64,000 nt of DNA from Candidatus Parcubacteria bacterium. GTDB taxonomy: Bacteria > Patescibacteriota > Minisyncoccia > UBA6257 > HR35. This document shows, one piece after another, positions 9,313 to 17,007 of the stretch. The position numbers were made by a program, and so were the translations under genes. The notes under the pieces were generated by a model. The model was not told the DNA's origin. It ran no database searches and saw only the letters and a program-made list of their open reading frames with translations. Location: contig AP024681.1 in NCBI GenBank assembly GCA_025999335.1, forward strand, positions 523,547 to 587,546. Reading direction: 5' to 3'. The first letter of the stretch is position 1. Each line of letters begins with the position of its first letter.

Positions 9313-10545
9313 ATGTTGAGTATGGCGATCTCGTTTTTAATATTTTCAACTGCAATTAACGCTCAAAGCACTAAAGATTCTGATCAGGATGGCATTTTTG
9401 ATGATAAAGATAACTGCCCTAATGTTTATAATCCTAAACAGGAAGATAAAAATCAAAACGGCATTGGTGATGCTTGTGAAGCAGTTCAATGTCCTGATAG
9501 CTCAACGATTGAGGGATATGTTATGCAATGCAAACAATCAGGTTTAGGTTATGAAACTTATCAAGATCAATCAGGTTGTACTCAAGTAAAATGCGTAACG
9601 ACTCAAAATATTTGTCCAAGCGAAACAGAGATAAATAATGCTGTTCAAAAATGTCAACAATCAGGTTCTGATTTTACTTATTACTATGACAACAATAAAT
9701 GCAAGCAAGTTCAATGTATCCCTAAGCAAAATACCTGTCCATCAGAAGCTGATGTTAATAAAAAAATTGAAACTTGCAGATCTCAAGGTTTAGATTATAA
9801 ATTAGAGTATGATAGTAATAAATGCAAGCAAGTTCAATGTATCCCTAAGCAAAATACCTGTCCATCAGAAGCTGATGTTAATAAAAAAATTGAAACTTGC
9901 AGATCTCAAGGTTTAGATTATAAATTAGAGTATGATAGTAATAAATGCAAGCAAGTTCAATGTATCCCTAAGCAAAATACCTGTTCAAGCTCAGAGACAT
10001 TAAATAGTATTATGGAAGATTGCAAGAAAAAAGGATTGGATTATGAATTTTATGAAGAGAATGGTTGTAAACAAGTAAAATGCAAGATACCCGAAAGAAA
10101 AGAATCAACTGAATGTAAAAAAACTGTACAGGGACAATGCATTACAATAACCTGTGGCGATGGTTATACTTTTAATTCTTGTGATGTTCAAAATATGTGT
10201 AAGAATGTTGAATGCAAAAAATTTACCAATGAAAAAGGTTGTTCAGTGTTAAAATGTTCAAATGGTTATGAAGAGTCAGAATGTCCATCAGAGCCTATCA
10301 AGCCAGAAAAACCAGATAAACCTAAGATAGAGTGCAAAACATTTAAAGATGAAAAAGGATGCACAGTTAAGAAATGTTCTGATGGTTCAGAAACTAAGGA
10401 TTGTCGCAATGTTAGGCCAACAAGAAATAAATGTAAAATTTCTACTTATCAATTAATTACTGGAAGACAGTGCGTGGTTAAAGAATGTACCAATGGTTAT
10501 CGCTCAGATAGTTGTAAGCCAAGCAAAAATAAGACAACGCAATAA
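9313..10545 (+). CDS. Secreted Cys-rich modular repeat protein with an N-terminal thrombospondin-type-3-like Ca-binding motif
   Basis: Signal-like N-terminus. DSDQDGIFDDKDNCPNVYNPKQEDKNQNGIGDAC matches the TSP3 DxDxDG...DNCP...Q.D.D.DG.GDAC pattern. It is followed by about six 41-aa four-Cys modules (KCKQVQCIPKQNTCPSEADVNKKIETCRSQGLDYKLEYDSN). Confidence 0.55.
   Translation: MLSMAISFLIFSTAINAQSTKDSDQDGIFDDKDNCPNVYNPKQEDKNQNGIGDACEAVQCPDSSTIEGYVMQCKQSGLGYETYQDQSGCTQVKCVTTQNICPSETEINNAVQKCQQSGSDFTYYYDNNKCKQVQCIPKQNTCPSEADVNKKIETCRSQGLDYKLEYDSNKCKQVQCIPKQNTCPSEADVNKKIETCRSQGLDYKLEYDSNKCKQVQCIPKQNTCSSSETLNSIMEDCKKKGLDYEFYEENGCKQVKCKIPERKESTECKKTVQGQCITITCGDGYTFNSCDVQNMCKNVECKKFTNEKGCSVLKCSNGYEESECPSEPIKPEKPDKPKIECKTFKDEKGCTVKKCSDGSETKDCRNVRPTRNKCKISTYQLITGRQCVVKECTNGYRSDSCKPSKNKTTQ
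9694..9985 (+). repeat. Perfect tandem repeat, 123-nt period, about 2.4 copies, in-frame inside CDS 9313-10545
   Basis: Units beginning at 9694, 9817 and 9940 are identical until divergence near 9985. Each unit encodes one 41-aa Cys module. Confidence 0.85.
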
Positions 10546-10630
10546 ATATTTAGTGATGTAATGATGTTTTTCATTTAAAAAGGTTAAGCAAATATAGAGA
10601 TTATAAATTTTTTAATAAACATTAAGCAAA

Positions 10631-10670
10631 AGTCTGTATCTATGTAAAATAGATACAGACTTTTTGTTTT
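10631..10670 (+). terminator. Rho-independent terminator
   Basis: 12-bp perfect stem agtctgtatcta / tagatacagact, 7-nt loop, then tttttgtttt. Confidence 0.6.
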
Positions 10671-10797
10671 TAAAAAACATTTTAAAATAATAACAATTAA
10701 AATTATTTTTTATTATAGTTTTTTATAAAAAGATTTTATTCGATTGAGTAAAAATATAATTGTTAATTCTAAAAAATATGCAACTAAATTAACAACA

Positions 10798-10854
10798 CTA
10801 TTTTTTTTATAGATATTTTTTTGTATAATTTATTTAATAGGTTGTTAAATAATT
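10798..10854 (+). promoter_or_regulatory. Conserved promoter module containing an extended -10 (TGTATAAT at 10822-10829), copy 2
   Basis: Near-identical to 9064-9133. It lies about 45 nt upstream of the start codon at 10874. Confidence 0.4.
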
Positions 10855-10873
10855 AATATATTTCTTATAAACA

Positions 10874-12208
10874 ATGAAAAAATTTTCTTTGTTAGCTCTA
10901 AGCGCTCTTTTAATCTTCAATTTTTCTTTTGCTCAACTGCAATCTTCAGAAGATGAAGAAGATTTGCTTTTTATTCAGTTATATAATTTAAGGGTTTTAA
11001 AAGTTGAGGAAGAAAATGACACTGATCTCAATTCTCAGCTAACTATTACCTCTAAAGTTTATAGATTTTCAAAATGTATAGTTTTTGAAGACGAAGAAGA
11101 CACAAAAGGTAAGATATGTCCTCCAGACATAAGAAAGAAAATTATCTCTAAAGAATTAAAAATAACAATATCAGATGAAACAAAAATTCTTGGAAAAGAT
11201 AGAAAACCATCTACGTTTGAAGATTTAAAAAATGCTTATAGAATTAATGTTTATGGCTATCTTGATTTAGAAGATAATTCACTTGAAGCTTTGGTTGTAA
11301 GAGTTATAGCTAAAAAAATAAAACCCTCTCCAAGTTTACCAAACACATCTGACACATCTGACGGTTATTTTGAAGTTATGGATGTCGATACGGGATTTGC
11401 TATTGATAATGTAAAGATAATAGCAAAATCTTTTCCTAAAATAACATTGGAAGAATGCAAAAAAATTGCTGATTGCAAAAAGCATTTATACAACCCAAAC
11501 CCGAGAGAACCTTCTCAAGAACCTGTGAGTCCTACAGAAGGGATGACTTTTACAAAAGAAGAGTTTAAAAAATACTTCAAAGAAGGACCAGAGGGATTAT
11601 ATTTTTATACCATCGAAGCAGAAGGGTATAAAAGAATGAATCTTCATAGAGTTAAATTAGATAAATCTGAGAAATTTAGTGACACAATAATGATGTCACC
11701 ACTATCGAGGAGTAATAATGGTAGATACAGGAATGATATACCAGAACTTCGCGAAGAATATATTCGTTCATTATTAAAACAAGGTACAGTTTTAGTTGTT
11801 GGTTTTGTGCACGACTCTTATTCGGGTGAACCAATTGCTGGAGTAAAAGTAAGAATACCAAAATTTAATTTAGTGACAACGACTAATGAACGAGGATTCT
11901 ATTTCTTTAATATTCCTGAATATTCATATTCAAATTCAGGCAAAAATAAAAATAATGTTATTGAAAATAAAAATAATGTTATTGATTATATGTGCAAAGA
12001 AATAATGAATACAGCCATAACATATATTTTTTCTAAGGACGGTTATAAAACCATTGAAAGACGCGAAGCATATCCTCTAAATTCTAATAATTATAATGAT
12101 GAGCTAGGACCATATTCTAAGTTAAATATAGAAATGGTTAAAGGAAAAGGCAAAATTTTCAATGATATTGTTCTTCCCGGCGCGTGTTTTCCGAAACCCT
12201 CTAATTAG
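10874..12208 (+). CDS. Secreted protein with a carboxypeptidase-regulatory-like (Cna-B/transthyretin-like) beta-sandwich domain
   Basis: Signal peptide MKKFSLLALSALLIFNFSFA. The segment VLVVGFVHDSYSGEPIAGVKVRIPKFNLVTTTNERGFYFF fits the G.V.D..G.PI.GA.V......TTTD..G.Y.F CarboxypepD_reg pattern. There is a short internal DNA direct repeat at ~11941-11990. Confidence 0.4.
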   Translation: MKKFSLLALSALLIFNFSFAQLQSSEDEEDLLFIQLYNLRVLKVEEENDTDLNSQLTITSKVYRFSKCIVFEDEEDTKGKICPPDIRKKIISKELKITISDETKILGKDRKPSTFEDLKNAYRINVYGYLDLEDNSLEALVVRVIAKKIKPSPSLPNTSDTSDGYFEVMDVDTGFAIDNVKIIAKSFPKITLEECKKIADCKKHLYNPNPREPSQEPVSPTEGMTFTKEEFKKYFKEGPEGLYFYTIEAEGYKRMNLHRVKLDKSEKFSDTIMMSPLSRSNNGRYRNDIPELREEYIRSLLKQGTVLVVGFVHDSYSGEPIAGVKVRIPKFNLVTTTNERGFYFFNIPEYSYSNSGKNKNNVIENKNNVIDYMCKEIMNTAITYIFSKDGYKTIERREAYPLNSNNYNDELGPYSKLNIEMVKGKGKIFNDIVLPGACFPKPSN

Positions 12209-12376
12209 GTTTTATTTCTTGTAATCACTGTTTTTTTACTAAATTTTTCTTAATAAAATTAATTTAATTTTAGATACTTTCTATTTTTTGTTGTTATTTT
12301 TATTGTTATTTTTTTGAATAGATGCTTTGATGAATTCATCTGGTTCTCTGTGATAGACGGCTGCTTGTTTAATTGT

Positions 12377-13216
12377 TCAGTCATCTATATGAGGATATTT
12401 TTGTTTTAGGCGTTGAATAGTCTTTAATACTTGCTTAATAAATTGATCCGTTGTACTGGGATGGTGAACAGCGGCGTGTTTAATTATCCAATCATCTATG
12501 TTGTATTTTTCTTTGAGACGCTCAATTTCTCTTAATACTTTTTCAATAAATTGATCGGGTGTTTCATCTTTAATATAATGAACAGCGGCATGTTTGATTA
12601 TTCGTTCATCTATTTGGGGATATTTTTCTTTTAAGCGTTCAATTTCAGTCATTACTTGTTGAATAAATTCATCTATTTTTTTTGGATAATTAATAATAGT
12701 ATGTTTAATAATCCATTCGTCTATAAGAGGATATTTTTTCTTTAATTCTTTTAGAATATTTGGACCTAAAAGATGTTGTCGTTTGGCAATATTAAGAATA
12801 AGCGATGGTGTTAGGCTACTGCCTTTTTTTATCTCGTTTTTTGCTTTTTTTAATACTGATCTAAAACTTAAACCATAAGCTCCAATTATTTTTTTTAATC
12901 TTTCTTTTTGTATTTGTATATTTTGTTTAGGATGTAGAATGCCTATTCTAAATGCAGCTTTGATATTTAATCTTAAACCATCTAAAAAAGTTTGTTCCAC
13001 ATCTTTTATTTCAAGGCCTAATTCTTGAGCAAGATTCAAGATTTTAATTTCATTTAATTTCACTTCAGGATCTGTTTGCCTTAATTCTTCCAAAATATTT
13101 TCAGCTATATTGATAAAACTCTCAACTTTTGCAGTATATTGACCTCTTATTTCTACTTTTTCTTCACGTATTTTTTGTTGTTGTTGCAATTCTTCTTTGG
13201 CTCTTTTTATATCCAT
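12377..13216 (-). CDS. Hypothetical protein built of about four diverged ~40-aa tandem modules
   Basis: The motif ...EKYPQIDERIIKHAAVHYIKDETPDQFIEKVLREIERLK... recurs with divergence about every 120 nt on the minus strand. Confidence 0.35.
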   Translation of the reverse strand: MDIKRAKEELQQQQKIREEKVEIRGQYTAKVESFINIAENILEELRQTDPEVKLNEIKILNLAQELGLEIKDVEQTFLDGLRLNIKAAFRIGILHPKQNIQIQKERLKKIIGAYGLSFRSVLKKAKNEIKKGSSLTPSLILNIAKRQHLLGPNILKELKKKYPLIDEWIIKHTIINYPKKIDEFIQQVMTEIERLKEKYPQIDERIIKHAAVHYIKDETPDQFIEKVLREIERLKEKYNIDDWIIKHAAVHHPSTTDQFIKQVLKTIQRLKQKYPHIDD

Positions 13217-13309
13217 TATTCATTATTATTTTAAGTTATTTTTTATTATTATTTAAAATAAATTTTTATTAATACAATTATTATCTTAAAATATATAAAA
13301 AATATTACA

Positions 13310-13720
13310 ATGACCGCCTTAGCATTAATTTTTACTTTAGCAGCGATTGGTATTAGCGAGACTGTTTATCTTATTCGTAAAAGAATTGCTTCAGAAAAAC
13401 CAGTGTGTATTATTGGCGAGGATTGCACAAAAGTTTTAACTAGTAAGTATAGTCGACTGTTTTTAATTCCTAATGATGTTTTAGGATTTTTAGCATACAT
13501 TGTTATAGCAACAATTTCAGCTTTTTTAGTTATCGGCGTTGAACCGGTTTCTTTTTGGAATTTTGTTCTTAAAATTTTAATTATTACTGCTTCTTTGATA
13601 TCTATCTTATTTACTTATCTTCAATGGCGAGTTATTAAAGCTTGGTGTTTTTGGTGTTTAATGTCAGCTTTTACGATTTGGCTAATGGGTGTTATAATAT
13701 TAGTGAGCCGAGTGATTTAA
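13310..13720 (+). CDS. Vitamin K epoxide reductase (VKOR)-family membrane thiol oxidoreductase
   Basis: Four hydrophobic segments. A loop Cys pair (CIIGEDC) follows TM1. A CXXC motif (CFWC) lies at the start of the last TM. This is the VKOR arrangement. Confidence 0.5.
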   Translation: MTALALIFTLAAIGISETVYLIRKRIASEKPVCIIGEDCTKVLTSKYSRLFLIPNDVLGFLAYIVIATISAFLVIGVEPVSFWNFVLKILIITASLISILFTYLQWRVIKAWCFWCLMSAFTIWLMGVIILVSRVI

Positions 13721-13733
13721 ATAATTATTTTCA

Positions 13734-14756
13734 ATGGGAAATTTTCAAGGAGGACAACCAACAATATCGACTCCAGATGATAATGAAAGATTTAAAAAAA
13801 TTGAAGAAGCGATTAATTTTCTTCGAGGAGTTAATATTGATTTTGAAGATGGAACAAAAATAACTTTTACTGATAAAGAATTGGAAGGAGTAAAAAAAAG
13901 TATTATTCAAAACCCAACATTTTTAAAAATATTTCTTGATATGATAAAACAACAATCAACTGAAGGCTTTGTCACAAAGTTTAAGCTTAATGTTCAAAAC
14001 CTACAAATTTCTCCTGAAGAGTGGAAAACTTGTGTTTTAGAACAACCATCACTTTTTGTTAGCTCACCAGAAACAATTAAATTCAATATCGAAGGAGTGG
14101 CTAGCTTTATAGCTGATATTTTACAAATATCTAAAGAAGAAGCTGAAAAACTTTATATTAGCAAAATTGCCTTGAAACATAGCTTTATAGCTGATATTTT
14201 ACAAATATCTAAAGAAGAAGCTGAAAAACTTTATATTAGCAAAATTGCCTTGAAACAACCATCACTTTTTACTCAATCTCCGGAAACAATAAAAACAAAA
14301 TTTGATCTTTATAATCTTTTTATAAATCAAGAAGAAAGTGGAATCACAGACTATTTGATTACCCAGCCTTCATATTTTACCCTTGCTTCCGAGAGAATAA
14401 TGGCTTTTTATGTTTTAGCAAAATTAATGAATAAAGAGTTAAGGTTTCGGATGTTAAAGGAAAATCCTCTTAATTTAGCTAGAGAAATGCTTTTTGGAGA
14501 AAATCGAGAAATTTTTGAGACATTATATGAATATTTCCGAAAACTTTTTGAACGAAGAAGAAGAATAAAAAGAAAAATAACTGACAGTGCTGAAATAGAA
14601 GCAAAAACAACCCTACGACATGCTGAAGTTCTTCTTAAATATTTTGGACCGAAGGAGCAAACGGGATTAACCCCAGAGCAGATTGAAAATATTAAAGAAT
14701 TAGTAACAAAAGTAAGAAATCATCTTAGAAAAGAGGAACTTAAAAAGAATAAATAA
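13734..14756 (+). CDS. Hypothetical helical-repeat protein (weakly mTERF-like) carrying a perfect in-frame 78-nt duplication
   Basis: Repeated QPSLF..SPETIK... motifs. DNA 14103-14180 is duplicated exactly at 14181-14258, encoding SFIADILQISKEEAEKLYISKIALK twice. Confidence 0.35.
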   Translation: MGNFQGGQPTISTPDDNERFKKIEEAINFLRGVNIDFEDGTKITFTDKELEGVKKSIIQNPTFLKIFLDMIKQQSTEGFVTKFKLNVQNLQISPEEWKTCVLEQPSLFVSSPETIKFNIEGVASFIADILQISKEEAEKLYISKIALKHSFIADILQISKEEAEKLYISKIALKQPSLFTQSPETIKTKFDLYNLFINQEESGITDYLITQPSYFTLASERIMAFYVLAKLMNKELRFRMLKENPLNLAREMLFGENREIFETLYEYFRKLFERRRRIKRKITDSAEIEAKTTLRHAEVLLKYFGPKEQTGLTPEQIENIKELVTKVRNHLRKEELKKNK

Positions 14757-14758
14757 AA

Positions 14759-15154
14759 ATGAAAAAAGCTTCATTTCATATTTTAAGAGTTGGTTTAGGG
14801 ATAACATTTTTGTGGATTGGAGTTTTAATTTTTAAACAACCTGAAGCTTGGGGTGGATATTTACAACCATGGGCAGCTGGTCTTTTGCCGGTTTCACTTT
14901 CTCAAGCGATGATGGGAACGGCAATTTTAGATATTATTATCGGCTTTTTGTTTCTTGTTGATACTTTAACTTGGTTAGCTTCTTTTTTAGCGATTTTACA
15001 TCTTGTTATTGTTTTAACTGTTAGCGGAATTACTGACATTACCGTAAGAGATATTGCTATTTTAGCTGCTGCTATTAGTATTATGCTTGATGCTTTGCCA
15101 CCAAAATTAATAGATAAATTAAAAATTTTGCATAAAGATAATAAAATTATATAA
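14759..15154 (+). CDS. Small integral membrane protein, hypothetical
   Basis: Three or four hydrophobic helices. No catalytic motif. Confidence 0.35.
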   Translation: MKKASFHILRVGLGITFLWIGVLIFKQPEAWGGYLQPWAAGLLPVSLSQAMMGTAILDIIIGFLFLVDTLTWLASFLAILHLVIVLTVSGITDITVRDIAILAAAISIMLDALPPKLIDKLKILHKDNKII

Positions 15155-15187
15155 TTATAAAAAGTCGTAATTTATTAAAAAGTTATT

Positions 15188-15763
15188 ATGTCAAATAAAA
15201 ATATTATTATTTTCGTTGTTTTGGCTATTGTTTTAGTAGTTGCTGCTTATTTTTTCTTTCAAAGTTCAGGTTTAAATTCAAGTTCTGAGTCATTATCGTT
15301 ACCACCGGTGAGTACTCCATCACCAACGGGAGAGTTCTCGACTGATTATTCAGCGCTTGAAACGACAACTAAAAAACCTTTAGAAACTGCTACTCAAACG
15401 CAAACAGAAAACACAACAACAAAATATACATCAACATCTTCAATGGAAACTCCAAAGGTGATTATTTATACTGATTCTGGTTATTCGCCAAATACTTTGA
15501 AAATAAAAGTCGGGGAATCGGTTACTTTTAAAAACCAGAGTTCACAAGCAATGTGGCCTGCTTCGGCTATGCATCCAAGTCATACAGTCTACAGCGGTAC
15601 ATCTTTAGTAGAGCACTGTCCTGATACCGCTGGAATTGCTTTTGATGCTTGCACGAGTATTCAACCAGGCAATTCTTGGAGTTTTACTTTTAATAAAAAA
15701 GGAAGCTGGAGATATCATGATCATTTAATTCCTTCTTTTACTGGAACAATTATTGTTGAATAA
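15188..15763 (+). CDS. Membrane-anchored protein with a Thr/Ser-rich linker and a C-terminal cupredoxin-like domain
   Basis: N-terminal TM segment, then a T/S-rich stretch. The C-terminal KVIIYTDSGYSPNTLKIKVGESVTFKNQ...SWSFTFNKKGSWRYHDHLIPSFTGTIIV follows the cupredoxin-fold pattern (F.P..l.v..G..V.f.N......H...........f.f...G.Y.Y.C..H..M.G.i.V). HDH replaces the usual Cys-His pair, and His-rich MHPSH and EHCPD segments are also present. Confidence 0.35.
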   Translation: MSNKNIIIFVVLAIVLVVAAYFFFQSSGLNSSSESLSLPPVSTPSPTGEFSTDYSALETTTKKPLETATQTQTENTTTKYTSTSSMETPKVIIYTDSGYSPNTLKIKVGESVTFKNQSSQAMWPASAMHPSHTVYSGTSLVEHCPDTAGIAFDACTSIQPGNSWSFTFNKKGSWRYHDHLIPSFTGTIIVE

Positions 15764-15802
15764 ATAAAGTTGAAAATTAATTAGATAGACAATTAAAATA
15801 AA

Positions 15803-16981
15803 ATGAATTACTTAAAAATAATTATCTTTAATCTAATAGGAGCTGTATTAATAATTGCATTTTTCCATATGCAATTATCTTTGGCTGAAGAAAATAATGG
15901 GTTAAGGAAAATTGTTGTTTTTCAAACAATTTTTAATGAATCTGCCAAAGATGAACTTATTGCTAAAGTTGGCGGTGTAAAACTTAAGAATCTTGATTTA
16001 ATTGGCGCTAAAGCTGTATGGTTGCCTGATCGAGCTGCGGTTGAAAAATTAAAATTACTACCAGGAGTTTTGCGTGTTGATGATGATGTGATTGTTGAAG
16101 CTCTTCAAAAAGGTTCAAATCAGTCAACTCAAATTTTACCTTGGGGAATTGACCGTATTGATGCTGAGTTAGTTTGGCCATTAGGAAATACAGCTGATTC
16201 AATAAAAGTTGGCATTATTGACACAGGCATTTCCAATAAACATCCAGATTTAACTTTAAATATTAGAGGCGGCTACAATGCTATTAATCCTCAAAAATCA
16301 TGGAATGATGATAATGGACATGGTTCGCATGTAGCTGGAATAGTTGCTGCCTTAAATAATACTATTGGCGTTGTTGGCGTTGGTCCACAAATAGATCTTT
16401 ATGCTATTAAAGTTTTAAATGCCAATGGTTCGGGTTATCTTTCTGATGTTATTGAAGGGATTCAATGGGCAATAGCTAACGGAATGCAAGTTGTTAATAT
16501 GAGTTTAGGCACAAGTCAAAATGTTCAATCATTGCATGATGCAGTTGTTGTCGCTAAAAATGCAGGCGTAATCATTGTAGCTGCTGCCGGTAATTCTGGT
16601 GGTTCGGTTTCATATCCAGCTGCTTATAATGAAGTAATTGCTGTTTCTGCCATTGATAAAAATAATCAAATTGCTTCTTGGTCGAGTAGAGGTCCAGAAG
16701 TTGATTTTGCTGCTCCCGGTGTATCTATTTATTCAACTTATAAAGGTACAAGTTATGCTACTCTTTCAGGCACATCAATGGCAGCGCCTCATGTTTCTGG
16801 AGCAATAGCTTTAGTTTTAAATACTTCTGTTGGTTCTTATGATATAAATAATAACGGAAAATGGGATCCTGATGAAATAAAAACAAAACTTTGTGATCGA
16901 GCGGTTGATTTAGGCGATCCAGGAGTAGATAATTTGTATGGTTGCGGTTTAGTTAATGCTTTTAACTCTATTCAGCCATAA
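15803..16981 (+). CDS. Subtilisin-like serine protease (peptidase S8) with an N-terminal propeptide
   Basis: Signal peptide, then an I9-like pro-region. Catalytic triad motifs VGIIDTGI (Asp), HGSHVAGIVAA (His) and GTSMAAPHVSGAIAL (Ser). Confidence 0.85.
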   Translation: MNYLKIIIFNLIGAVLIIAFFHMQLSLAEENNGLRKIVVFQTIFNESAKDELIAKVGGVKLKNLDLIGAKAVWLPDRAAVEKLKLLPGVLRVDDDVIVEALQKGSNQSTQILPWGIDRIDAELVWPLGNTADSIKVGIIDTGISNKHPDLTLNIRGGYNAINPQKSWNDDNGHGSHVAGIVAALNNTIGVVGVGPQIDLYAIKVLNANGSGYLSDVIEGIQWAIANGMQVVNMSLGTSQNVQSLHDAVVVAKNAGVIIVAAAGNSGGSVSYPAAYNEVIAVSAIDKNNQIASWSSRGPEVDFAAPGVSIYSTYKGTSYATLSGTSMAAPHVSGAIALVLNTSVGSYDINNNGKWDPDEIKTKLCDRAVDLGDPGVDNLYGCGLVNAFNSIQP

Positions 16982-17007
16982 GATAAGCAAACGATAAAAA
17001 ATTAATA

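Noticed and set aside
12377-13216. Possible CRISPR or other non-coding repeat array
   Set aside because: The ~120-nt periodic similarity is read through by one continuous ORF, and the repeats are diverged. This fits a repeat protein, not an array.
13642-13863. A 73-aa ORF overlapping the VKOR gene end and the next gene start
   Set aside because: It overlaps two better-supported genes in alternate frames and has no motif.
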